Shown here: piece by piece, positions 20,506 through 29,074 of the stretch | Layout of the letters: each line of letters opens with the position of its first letter | Numbering within the stretch: position 1 is the stretch's first letter | DNA from: a virus | Lineage: Duplodnaviria; Caudoviricetes | Reading direction: 5' to 3' (one strand) | IMG/VR virus record: IMGVR_UViG_3300025890_003136 | Location: 1 to 55,082 of that record | Length of the DNA stretch: 55,082 nucleotides | Made by a program: the position numbers and the translations under genes | The notes under the pieces: generated by a model | Seen by the model: only the letters and a program-made list of their open reading frames with translations | Told to the model about the DNA's origin: nothing | The model's database searches: none

Positions 20506-21633
20506 TTACCAAAGATCCTTTTTGTCAACTGCATACAGATGTTTGTACTTGGGTGTTTTAAGTTTGGTACTTTTCTTAATTTGTGCAATAAGAAACGGAA
20601 CACCAAAACGTGGTTCTGTTGTAAAGCCTTTTAAACCATTTTCTTCAAACTCTTCTGGATTTGCTTTCTTATACCAAGTTTCATATGACAGTTTTGCCTT
20701 GCTCCAGAACGATCCTGTTTCACTCCAATTGGCTTCAAAGTATTCTTTACAAAACAATGCAAAGTCTAGTAGATACTTGTCATCTACTTTCAACCCATCT
20801 TTAAAACAAGCATCAAAGTATTCATAAAGCATTCTTGCTTCTTTGGCTTGTACTGGACGTTCTTCATTGATATAAACCCAATACTTGGCAAACATACGAG
20901 TAACATCAACGTCTTTACGTTTTTCCAACTTCTTGGTCATAATTGTATCTGCTAACAATGTGAACGCACCTGACTCTCTTTCGTCACCAAACTTTTCGTG
21001 TGTGGCGAACAAACCTGCGTCTTTCAGCAAGTCATTAATTTTAGCAGTGTCTTGCCAAATTGGATCATCACTGTTATCAATTATGGCACCGTAAACCATT
21101 TGACGATACGTATCGATAAAATCTAACTTTTCTTTAGCATCACCGTTTAGTAAAATGAAGTTCCTACGAATTTCTAGTTTTTGTTTTACTGGATAAATGT
21201 TTACAGGAATCATGGTGTTTGCTTGACGTTCACCAAATACTTTTGTGAGTATAAGGTAGAGTGCAATACTGGTGTGTTGTCCGTCCCAAGCAATATAGTT
21301 GTCGCCTTCTTTGTAAACCTGTATAGGCATTACCATAGTTTGACTGAAATAGTTTAGGATCTTTAACACATGACGCATATTCAATGGACGTTGCATTGTG
21401 GAGTCAATTAGTATTTTACTAAAATCTACAGGAATTGCCTGCACCAATTCCATCTCACTGAATGAAGACCAATTGTCTTTATTACGTCTTTTGAATTCTT
21501 CTACAACTGCTTCTAGTTGTGCTTCAAACTTTGGTGCCAGTTTGAATGCTTCTGTGATACGTGTTTGTAGAGATACGAAATTACTCTCTTTGTGATTGTA
21601 TTGTTCATTGACAATATCTGCGTGTTTACTCAT
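20506..21633 (-). CDS. ParB/Srx-like (DGQH-motif) protein
   Basis: IDSTMQRPL and AWDGQHT; GAGGA SD before ATG 21633. Confidence 0.6.
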   Translation of the reverse strand: MSKHADIVNEQYNHKESNFVSLQTRITEAFKLAPKFEAQLEAVVEEFKRRNKDNWSSFSEMELVQAIPVDFSKILIDSTMQRPLNMRHVLKILNYFSQTMVMPIQVYKEGDNYIAWDGQHTSIALYLILTKVFGERQANTMIPVNIYPVKQKLEIRRNFILLNGDAKEKLDFIDTYRQMVYGAIIDNSDDPIWQDTAKINDLLKDAGLFATHEKFGDERESGAFTLLADTIMTKKLEKRKDVDVTRMFAKYWVYINEERPVQAKEARMLYEYFDACFKDGLKVDDKYLLDFALFCKEYFEANWSETGSFWSKAKLSYETWYKKANPEEFEENGLKGFTTEPRFGVPFLIAQIKKSTKLKTPKYKHLYAVDKKDLW

Positions 21634-21765
21634 CTTATATTCCTCTGTTGTCGGCATATCCAGCCTAAGGTTAATTTACACAGTTTTTTTAGAACCGCTA
21701 ATAATATTATACTGTCTTATTGGAAAATGTCAACTGCCAAAAACTTCAATGTTTATGCAGATATT

Positions 21766-22023
21766 TTATTCTTCGAATGCTTTTGCTTTTGGATCTTTGC
21801 TGAACTTACGCCAAATTTTGTGCAACACATAGAACCAAACACCATTTATGCTAGGTTCGATCAGTGCAACTACACCTGCTTCAAAAAGGCTGGCACCTGT
21901 CATTAGACTCACCACTGTCATTGCAATCACAATGTGGCCCAAGGTGTAGATGATCGCTAACGCCAGACTGCTTGTACCTAATAGATGTAAAGCATTGAAT
22001 ATACCTTGTTTAAATTCGCTCAT
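21766..22023 (-). CDS. Membrane protein (DUF2061-like)
   Basis: IYTLGHI..ALIEP..N..WFY..H..W. Confidence 0.6.
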   Translation of the reverse strand: MSEFKQGIFNALHLLGTSSLALAIIYTLGHIVIAMTVVSLMTGASLFEAGVVALIEPSINGVWFYVLHKIWRKFSKDPKAKAFEE

Positions 22024-22072
22024 ACTTTATTATATAATATTTTTGTATGGTTTGTCAATAGTTAAGTCAAAA

Positions 22073-22098
22073 AAAAAGGCGACCGAAGCCGCCTTTTT
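22073..22098. terminator. Intrinsic terminator, potentially bidirectional
   Basis: AAAAAGGCG-accgaagc-CGCCTTTTT. Confidence 0.85.
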
Positions 22099-22120
22099 AA
22101 TCTAGTTAAAAACTATACAA

Positions 22121-22384
22121 TTATAGTTGTACACCTTTTGCTAATGCTTTGTATCCTAAGCCTACTACCATTCTAGATGCTTTACCTGTTCTGTATACTT
22201 TAACACCACTTCTTTTGTTAGTGTTTAAGAACACAGGTAAACCTTTGAATCTTAATGCTTGAATTACTGCACCTGGATTACCAGCACCAAATCTGCTTTT
22301 AATAGCACTTGATGTTAATGCTTCACCATTTAGTAAAGCAGTCTCTACTCTTTTTTGTATAGTCATAGTTTTTTTCTTAGCCAT
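22121..22384 (-). CDS. Small winged-HTH DNA-binding protein
   Basis: LLNGEALT...RFG..NP.A.I..LR..G..V; AAGGAG SD. Confidence 0.6.
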   Translation of the reverse strand: MAKKKTMTIQKRVETALLNGEALTSSAIKSRFGAGNPGAVIQALRFKGLPVFLNTNKRSGVKVYRTGKASRMVVGLGYKALAKGVQL

Positions 22385-22525
22385 TCGACTAACTCCTTTG
22401 TTTGTTTCCAACTGCTCGGTATTCGATACATCTGAAAACATATTTTTTATTATGTTTAACATATTAATACTAATATACATTCTTTTGTTGTATTAGTCAA
22501 TAAGGTAAGTTTACCAAAACAGGAA

Positions 22526-22765
22526 CTATCTTCCAGTTTTACTTACAAATTTCTCAGGACCTTCAGTGACAAATTCCAAACCAACCTGTCTACCGATATA
22601 TAAATTTTTATTTTGGTTCCACTGCATATTGATCTTGGCAGTTTTTTGCACCACCACAGTTAAGAACTCACTCTCTTTAAAAGACAGCACAGCCGCTTCT
22701 ACTTTCTGTCCATTCTTTAAACATTCTATTATGACTTTGTCATCAAAATGTGTCGTTTCCATCAT
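22526..22765 (-). CDS. Hypothetical protein
   Basis: Packed 79-aa ORF. Confidence 0.6.
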   Translation of the reverse strand: MMETTHFDDKVIIECLKNGQKVEAAVLSFKESEFLTVVVQKTAKINMQWNQNKNLYIGRQVGLEFVTEGPEKFVSKTGR

Positions 22766-22961
22766 TGTCCTTATTGTTTGTGTTATCTTGTCTTGAATAA
22801 AAATGATACAGAATAAAGTCTGCCCACAGCAGATTTACAAGGTATCCAAACATGCTGTATCTTATATTGAACAGCATTGGCAAAATGAACAGCACCAACC
22901 ACAACATCAACATGTAATGTCTTTTGCGATTAACGGGTACAGTCCACAGTAACCAGTTCAT
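22743..22961 (-). CDS. Small membrane protein
   Basis: Two hydrophobic segments. Confidence 0.55.
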   Translation of the reverse strand: MNWLLWTVPVNRKRHYMLMLWLVLFILPMLFNIRYSMFGYLVNLLWADFILYHFYSRQDNTNNKDNDGNDTF

Positions 22962-22962
22962 A

Positions 22963-23160
22963 TTATAAAAAGTTTCTTCTTAATTTTTGTGCTTTTTTAA
23001 TATTCACCATTCTTTGCTTTGCTTTTTCTCTTTTGATTTCGCTAGGCTTTTGATAGTATTGTCTGTCTTTCAATTCTTGAAAAACACCTGATGTTTTCAT
23101 CTTCTTTTTCATTAACCTTAATGCTTTTTCAACATTATTATTTCTAACTTCTATCTTCAA
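22963..23160 (-). CDS. rpsU: 30S ribosomal protein bS21
   Basis: VRNNNVEKALR..KKK...YYQKPSE.KR; TTG start with AGGAG SD. Confidence 0.92.
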   Translation of the reverse strand: MKIEVRNNNVEKALRLMKKKMKTSGVFQELKDRQYYQKPSEIKREKAKQRMVNIKKAQKLRRNFL

Positions 23161-23269
23161 TTTAACTCCTATTTTTATTTTTTATTGTCGGTTACTCTAA
23201 TTTAACTAAAATATAACACTAATTAGCCATAAAGTCAATAGGCAATTAAATAGTTTTGGAGATGTTAAA

Positions 23270-23452
23270 ATGGTTAAAAAGTCTGACAGAGTTATTCGTA
23301 GAGAGCAGAAAAAAGCCAATAAACAGATCAAGAATCAATCACGCCGTAAACCAAAAGGTGTGAATGACGTGTCTGAAGAAGACGCAACAACATTTCCAAA
23401 ATCCCATATAATCACCCTAGATGATCTGACTAAACCAGATTCAGATAAATAG
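23270..23452 (+). CDS. Small basic/acidic hypothetical protein
   Basis: TAAATA and GGAG upstream of ATG. Confidence 0.5.
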   Translation: MVKKSDRVIRREQKKANKQIKNQSRRKPKGVNDVSEEDATTFPKSHIITLDDLTKPDSDK

Positions 23453-23481
23453 CACTTGAATTTCGGTTAATAAATTTCCAA

Positions 23482-24042
23482 TTATAAAATATGATCTGCT
23501 ACTTTTAAGTCAACCAATTGTTTGGCTGTGAAGTATTGATCGGAAGGATTGTTGAATTTTTTACGAACATCTACCAAACTGAATCCAGTAGCATCTCTTA
23601 ATATCTGCATACATCTTTGTTCACAGTTGTTGTTTTCTTTCATCTGTGCTTTCATATCATGCATTTTGGATTCCATTGTGTCCGAGTGTTGATGATTTAA
23701 TATACCTGTGTTTTTACCAATGTAACGTTCGCCTTGTTTGCCACTGGCGAATATCAAAAAGCCTGCACTCATCACAGCACCAATACCAATTGTGCTGACA
23801 TGATGATGACTGTTTCGCATCACATCTATCAATGCAAATGATTCATAAAGATCACCACCCACTGTGTTGACATACAACTTCAATGTGCGTTTTGGTTTTT
23901 TGTTGAGATTGGCTGACAGTATCCATTTGACTGCTTTGCTGATATTATCTTCTGTGATTTCTCCGTTCAAATAATGAACGTCATTGTCATAAAGACTGAC
24001 CTCAACTCTTTCGTCTGCACTGTAATTTTCGTATTTTTTCAT
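23482..24042 (-). CDS. clpP: ClpP-family protease subunit
   Basis: YVNTVGG, VMSAG (Ser), NHQ (His), DQYFTA (Asp). Confidence 0.85.
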   Translation of the reverse strand: MKKYENYSADERVEVSLYDNDVHYLNGEITEDNISKAVKWILSANLNKKPKRTLKLYVNTVGGDLYESFALIDVMRNSHHHVSTIGIGAVMSAGFLIFASGKQGERYIGKNTGILNHQHSDTMESKMHDMKAQMKENNNCEQRCMQILRDATGFSLVDVRKKFNNPSDQYFTAKQLVDLKVADHIL

Positions 24043-24100
24043 AATATACTACTATTTATTGTCGTTTGGATATAATGAAATATAGTAGCAGTTAATGAAA

Positions 24101-24565
24101 TTAATCTATTTGAGTCCAGGATTTATTCGCTAATTGTGAGTCCTCTGCCCATCTGATGAACAGTCCTAATTCTTTTCCATGAGCTTCTATTTCCCAAGGC
24201 AGATCCCAATAATTTATGGACTTGTCGATGATATTGTTTTGCCATCTAGTGGATCCTGATCTTGATAAGTCCACCAATTCGCCTTTGGAGTATTGTTTGA
24301 CATGCACCATTTCGTGTGCAATGGTCTCCATCATTTTACGTTTGGAACCTGTACTGTCAACAGTGATGGTGAATTCTTTTGGATTATGATTGGAGTCATC
24401 GAAATCAACCTCACCTAATATACCATCTTCCTTATAGAGTGTTCTTGAAAACTCTACATCAATCACAACCGAATCTTTAATTTTTAATTTGTCTGCACAA
24501 TAATGTACCAGACTTTCGGTTAAGTCAGTAACTTTTCTATTTGTACCAGAAACTGTAACAATCAT
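24101..24565 (-). CDS. Zincin-like metallopeptidase
   Basis: IAHEMVHVKQ (HExxH), PWEIEA. Confidence 0.75.
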   Translation of the reverse strand: MIVTVSGTNRKVTDLTESLVHYCADKLKIKDSVVIDVEFSRTLYKEDGILGEVDFDDSNHNPKEFTITVDSTGSKRKMMETIAHEMVHVKQYSKGELVDLSRSGSTRWQNNIIDKSINYWDLPWEIEAHGKELGLFIRWAEDSQLANKSWTQID

Positions 24566-24729
24566 TATGAGTTGGCAATTTCCATTGCCATTTGCTTAAT
24601 CTCATCTGCAAGAAACTTAATTTCTTCTTCTGATTTGTTGTCAGCAACTGCTTGTTCTACCTCTAAACTTTTTTGTTTCATGGCAGTCAGTTTCAATTTT
24701 ATATCTTGTATATTATGATATTTTAACAT
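24565..24729 (-). CDS. Small helical protein, 54 aa (not in ORF track)
   Basis: MLKYHNIQDIKLKLTAMKQKSLE...; TTGACA-17-TAATAT upstream; TAATG coupling downstream. Confidence 0.6.
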   Translation of the reverse strand: MLKYHNIQDIKLKLTAMKQKSLEVEQAVADNKSEEEIKFLADEIKQMAMEIANS

Positions 24730-24760
24730 ACAACAATATTAACACAACTAGATGTTAATG

Positions 24761-25459
24761 TCAATTGCTTATTTTAGGAAATAGTGCATCTGTACAGAAC
24801 AATTCAACGTCTTCTTCTTTTAATCCCAATGACTTCATTACTCTTGGAGTATGCGGGTTTTGTTGTTGATTGTGGCAATAATAATTTTGTGCTTCTATTG
24901 TATCTTGTGCTTTTGCTGTATTTTTGTATTCTCCAATAGAGTCAAAATATACTTTTAAATTTTCCAATGCCAAATCCACAATTGCTTTGGATTCTTCTTC
25001 ACTGCTGACATTACCTGCCGCAACCATTGAGCCACTGAATATGTTCAATGCCCACTGTGGTAATTCACGTTTCTTACTGGGTATAAATTCTTCAACTGCT
25101 TCTTTAAACCAATCTATCAATGGATGCTCTTCACCACCTGAACTTTTTGAAAAATCATGAAATGCACCAGTCATTTTGTTTTTGCCTGCAATCACATCAA
25201 AACCGTATATAGGTCCATTGTTGTCTAGGTTTGGAAAAATACACACGTGCATCATCCATAATCCTTTTGATTCTCTGGCATCCACAACATCTATGTGACA
25301 ACGTCTACAATCATCAGTTTTCCATACTCTGTTGATCCAACCATTGTCTGGTTGATTGAATTGACTCATACCTTCTTCTTGCACTTCTGTGCCTCTAGCA
25401 TCAAACTCTTTGATAATTTCTTCTTTACAATCTATTAGTGTATCCCAAATTTTGCTCAT
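24761..25459 (-). CDS. pcyX: Ferredoxin-dependent bilin reductase, PcyX type
   Basis: GWINRVW, RRCHIDVVD.RESKGLWMMHVC.FP, PIYGFDVIAG, RELPQWA, QQQNPHTPRVM. Confidence 0.85.
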   Translation of the reverse strand: MSKIWDTLIDCKEEIIKEFDARGTEVQEEGMSQFNQPDNGWINRVWKTDDCRRCHIDVVDARESKGLWMMHVCIFPNLDNNGPIYGFDVIAGKNKMTGAFHDFSKSSGGEEHPLIDWFKEAVEEFIPSKKRELPQWALNIFSGSMVAAGNVSSEEESKAIVDLALENLKVYFDSIGEYKNTAKAQDTIEAQNYYCHNQQQNPHTPRVMKSLGLKEEDVELFCTDALFPKISN

Positions 25460-25462
25460 AAT

Positions 25463-25654
25463 TTAATATATAAACGGATCATCCGTTTCTATTCCTTTCA
25501 ATGCTTTTACTCTTGTTTCTAAACTGTCTATTGTGGTGTAGATGTGTCCTGTATCGGTTTCTTGAATCAAACTTTTAAAATATTTGATTTCGTCTTCTAA
25601 GATTTTTACTCTAATTAAATTGCCTGGAAAGTCTTTAATTTTTTTCTTCGGCAT
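25463..25654 (-). CDS. Small hypothetical protein between hemO and pcyX
   Basis: MPKKKIKDFPGNL..LEDEI..DTGHIYTTI; start at ATG 25654. Confidence 0.55.
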   Translation of the reverse strand: MPKKKIKDFPGNLIRVKILEDEIKYFKSLIQETDTGHIYTTIDSLETRVKALKGIETDDPFIY

Positions 25655-26183
25655 TGTGTAAGTCTTTGAATAATTCTGTAGCAAATTCAAAACACAGTTT
25701 GGCTTCGTCAGCCATGCTATCATCTGTTTTGTTTCTGATTCTTGTTTTAATTTCTGGAATATCAGCTCTACCAAATTCATACATGGTGCCACTGCCTGGT
25801 GCTCTTTTCTTAATCATTTGACCACCACTTAAATCTCCCATGTGTCTAACATAGATGTGAGCCATTAATTTTTTAGGATCCTCTTTGATTGTGTACATGT
25901 GTTGGATATATTTTTCAGTGCTAGGAGCAAGTTCTGGCATATCTTCTTTTTTCCAAAGTTCTTGAAAGTCAGCCAATATAGCAGGTGCTCTACGTATCTG
26001 TGGAAAATCATTGAGTAGTCCATGTGCCATTGCACAGGCTTCTAATAAATTATATATGGCATGTTGATTGAACAAGAACTCTGCATACAGTTCTTCACTC
26101 ATCTCGCCACTCATTAACACCTTAACAAATCCTTGACGTTCTGCGTCTTGGTGTACTTCTTTTGTTAATTCTTTCAATCCCAT
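25635..26183 (-). CDS. hemO: Heme oxygenase
   Basis: LKELTKEVHQDAE (proximal His), AHIYVRHMGDLSGGQ, EA..CF. Confidence 0.92.
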   Translation of the reverse strand: MGLKELTKEVHQDAERQGFVKVLMSGEMSEELYAEFLFNQHAIYNLLEACAMAHGLLNDFPQIRRAPAILADFQELWKKEDMPELAPSTEKYIQHMYTIKEDPKKLMAHIYVRHMGDLSGGQMIKKRAPGSGTMYEFGRADIPEIKTRIRNKTDDSMADEAKLCFEFATELFKDLHNAEEKN

Positions 26184-26191
26184 TTGAATCC

Positions 26192-26497
26192 TTATTCTTG
26201 TTCTATTTTAATTTGTAAAGGAAATCCTCTGTCTCTACTTTCGTTGGTGGCTTCAGTTCCTTTTTGCTCTGCTAATTCATATGTATACAATCCTACAACC
26301 GCAGAACCTTCCTTGTGAATCTTGAGTGTTAGGTCTTTGGCTGTTTCTGGTGTGTGTTTAAAAATCTTTACCAATATTTCAATTACAAAATCCATTGGAG
26401 TTACTTCGTCATTCAACATGATGACTGTGTAATTTTTTGGTGTTTTCAAAATTTGTTTTACTTTCGAATCTACTTTTACTTCTAAATCAGTTGTCAT
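26192..26497 (-). CDS. clpS: N-end-rule adaptor ClpS
   Basis: VIMLNDEVTPMDFV, IH.EG, YELAEQK, GFPL. Confidence 0.92.
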   Translation of the reverse strand: MTTDLEVKVDSKVKQILKTPKNYTVIMLNDEVTPMDFVIEILVKIFKHTPETAKDLTLKIHKEGSAVVGLYTYELAEQKGTEATNESRDRGFPLQIKIEQE

Positions 26498-26520
26498 TTT
26501 TCCTTCTTATTGTTAGTTAG

Positions 26521-26540
26521 GTAGGGTGTTGCCACCCTAC
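26521..26540 (-). terminator. GC hairpin after hsp20
   Basis: GTAGGGTG-ttgc-CACCCTAC; weak U-tract. Confidence 0.55.
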
Positions 26541-26552
26541 CCATATTCTTAG

Positions 26553-26996
26553 TTACTTTACTTCGATCGTTCTTGCTTTTTTACCTTCTGGAATAATACG
26601 TTCCATAGATATTTTTAGCAAACCATCTTTAAGTTCTGCTCCTTTTACTTCTACATCGTCAGCAATAGTAAAGGCTTTTGAAAACCATCTCTTACTGATA
26701 CCTCTGTGAAGCATACCGTCTACGTCTGGATCTTTGGCTTTTTCCTTAGATTTGACAGTCAACATATTGTCTTTGTATTCAACATCTATGTCGTCTTTTG
26801 AAAAACCTGCAAGTGCAAGTTCAACGTCATAAGTGTACTCACCAGTCTTCACTATGTTGTACGGTGGAAAGTTTGTAGCAGTCATGGTGTTGAAACTGTG
26901 ATCATCAATCATTCTTTCGAAATGATCGAACACATTGTCAAATCCTACTGTTACGGGTCTTAATTGATTGAATATAGATAGTGGTTTATTTGTCAT
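26553..26996 (-). CDS. hsp20: Small heat-shock protein (Hsp20/IbpA)
   Basis: FPPYNI, ELALAGF, LHRGIS.R.F, LKDGLL. Confidence 0.93.
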   Translation of the reverse strand: MTNKPLSIFNQLRPVTVGFDNVFDHFERMIDDHSFNTMTATNFPPYNIVKTGEYTYDVELALAGFSKDDIDVEYKDNMLTVKSKEKAKDPDVDGMLHRGISKRWFSKAFTIADDVEVKGAELKDGLLKISMERIIPEGKKARTIEVK

Positions 26997-27056
26997 CGCT
27001 TTTCTCCTTTTTAAGCAAGTTAATGTATGTAAGTCCTATCAAGCAACTTACATTAT
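26997..27056 (-). promoter_or_regulatory. ROSE-like RNA thermometer in hsp20 leader
   Basis: CUUGCUU-AAA-AAGGAG pairs UUGCU with the SD via a bulged G; upstream hairpin AUGUAAGU...ACUUACAU. Confidence 0.6.
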
Positions 27057-27113
27057 TATTTATCACATTGCTTGTCTGTGATATTGTATTATATAATAAC
27101 TCACTAGGATAAA

Positions 27114-27830
27114 TCAAGAGTTAAACCATATATTTTTGTGATTAATTTTACCAAAATCTGATTTACTGGCACCTTTTTTTACACCAATATTAAAACTTAA
27201 ACCTCTAGTATCTGTGGTCAACAAATAATCTAACCCATCGTATTCAAGTTCATGAAACACGTATGTGTTTTCACATCTACTGTACGTGAGTTTTAACTTG
27301 CTTAAATCAAAATTAAAATTTTTTTGCTTAATTTTTTCTTCTGAATACCATACTCCTTTTTCTCGACTGGTACCTTGAAAATAATGCTTGTCCATCAGAC
27401 CTACACTTTTATTTCCACTCCATTGAAATCTTTTGCTAACTTGAATGCCTGCACGTTTTATAGATCGCAGGTCCAACGGGACACACATGAGTGTGTCTTC
27501 ATACTCAAACATATTGTTGAAACGATCCACATACAGTTTGTTGTAAGGTTTTACTAGTATTCCTGAAATATGAGCAATGTCATCATACTCATACCAGTCT
27601 CTATTCAATTGTGCTTTGGATGGCACTTTGTTAAGCATGTTCATATCTCTATATTGAGACATGTAGTTTCCAAATTCTCTGTCAGATTTTTTGTGCCAGT
27701 ATTTGTATGCTTCTGCTGTGATTTCGCCCATGGCAATTTCGCAACCAACACCTTCTAATCTAATTTCGTAATGCTTGGTTTCGTTTTTTATGCGTTCTAA
27801 AAATTTACGCTTTTCCTGAATTGATGCCAT
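27114..27830 (-). CDS. Hypothetical protein, paralogue of 14664-15446
   Basis: GCEIAMGEIT..YKYW..DDIAH.SG..KGVWY..EYDG. Confidence 0.65.
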   Translation of the reverse strand: MASIQEKRKFLERIKNETKHYEIRLEGVGCEIAMGEITAEAYKYWHKKSDREFGNYMSQYRDMNMLNKVPSKAQLNRDWYEYDDIAHISGILVKPYNKLYVDRFNNMFEYEDTLMCVPLDLRSIKRAGIQVSKRFQWSGNKSVGLMDKHYFQGTSREKGVWYSEEKIKQKNFNFDLSKLKLTYSRCENTYVFHELEYDGLDYLLTTDTRGLSFNIGVKKGASKSDFGKINHKNIWFNS

Positions 27831-27853
27831 TGTGTTACTTTAACACAAACAGT

Positions 27854-28498
27854 TTATTCTGTCAATGGTGGGAAGCCGTTTAATTTTGCCAGTTCGTTGT
27901 TGTCTTTGGTCATGGCAATTGAAGTGTTGAAACTCATTGATATTCTCACACTGTCCGAACGATTGCCTTCTACAGAATGCTTTACCCAACTAGGAAAGAT
28001 TAATACTCCACCACTTACAGGTTTGTACGTGGCTCTTACTGCACTGATATGATTTCTTTTTGGCATCACTCTTGGTAAGAAAAATTCTGCATTGTCTTCT
28101 CTTTCAAAGTGTATGTTACCCATATTTTCTTCTGGGATATCAATATAATACACACCACTCAACACACTGTCTCTGTGATCGTGTGGATGGTTGTAATCAC
28201 CCTTGCTGTTAATGTTCCACCAATAATCGCTTATTTGTAAGTCCATCAATCCTGCCATCTTGGTGCATTCGTTGATACAGTTTTGAATTGATTGAATAAA
28301 TCTTTCTATTGCAATTGGTCTTTCGTCTAATATTTCAAATGACTTACTTTGCCATCCGCCGTAATTGGATGCAATTTTGCCTTGCTCATCTTGTGCTTTT
28401 AATTTAATTACATATTCTTTTAACTCTGAATTGTTGATTTGTTTTAATTCTGAATTCCATATCACAGTAGGAAACCACAAGTCTGCTTTCATTGGCAT
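27854..28498 (-). CDS. 2OG-Fe(II) oxygenase (TIGR02466-like)
   Basis: SNYGGWQS, HDH, SGVYY, IFPSWVKH, RISMSFN. Confidence 0.87.
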   Translation of the reverse strand: MPMKADLWFPTVIWNSELKQINNSELKEYVIKLKAQDEQGKIASNYGGWQSKSFEILDERPIAIERFIQSIQNCINECTKMAGLMDLQISDYWWNINSKGDYNHPHDHRDSVLSGVYYIDIPEENMGNIHFEREDNAEFFLPRVMPKRNHISAVRATYKPVSGGVLIFPSWVKHSVEGNRSDSVRISMSFNTSIAMTKDNNELAKLNGFPPLTE

Positions 28499-28896
28499 TA
28501 ATTATTCTCCAGTTCTTCTATTTTGCTAGGTAAAAATTCTAGGTCGTATATCTTATTATTGTTGATTAGGTTATAAGCAAATGCATCACTGCCGTCATAA
28601 AAATAATAACAGTTTGGTTTATTTAGAATATATCCCAACAGCCATCTATCTTTAAACGTGCCATTCACATCCAGCAGTATTACATCGGCAAAATTTACTG
28701 CTTCAATTAACCAATTAATGTTCTGTTGATCATCAGGATCTGCAACTTCAAACATATACAGGTTGATGTCATTTTTAAACTTTAATGCTTTTTGATTGAA
28801 TTCTTCTTTGACTGCTGTTCTAGGATTGATCATCAACACACTAGAATTGCCATTGAACAATTTGTCTGGCTCTGTGATTAAATTTAGTTTTGGCAT
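28498..28896 (-). CDS. Hypothetical protein
   Basis: MPKLNLITEPDK; start at ATG 28896. Confidence 0.6.
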   Translation of the reverse strand: MPKLNLITEPDKLFNGNSSVLMINPRTAVKEEFNQKALKFKNDINLYMFEVADPDDQQNINWLIEAVNFADVILLDVNGTFKDRWLLGYILNKPNCYYFYDGSDAFAYNLINNNKIYDLEFLPSKIEELENN

Positions 28897-28912
28897 ACAA
28901 ATAATTATGCTA

Positions 28913-29074
28913 TTATTCGTACAGTTTCTTCCAATGTGATTGTGGCGATTGTTCTTCGTTTTGGCTGTATGATTCTGGATATACAACTTCAGTAAGATTT
29001 GGTTTTAGTCTTCCTGATGTTCTTTCTTGACTTGCTGATTGCGTTCTCTCATTATGTACGATAAAGTCTTTTTT
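28913..29074 (-). other. Candidate -1 frameshift site and alternative C-terminus of the 521-aa protein
   Basis: TCA AAA AAA AAG; -1 frame open to TAA at 28913, ending YSQNEEQSPQSHWKKLYE. Confidence 0.5.

Noticed and set aside
24761-26183. Cyanophage assignment based on heme oxygenase plus bilin reductase
   Set aside because: Motifs look PcyX-like, no psbA/hli genes are seen, and other markers point to Alphaproteobacteria
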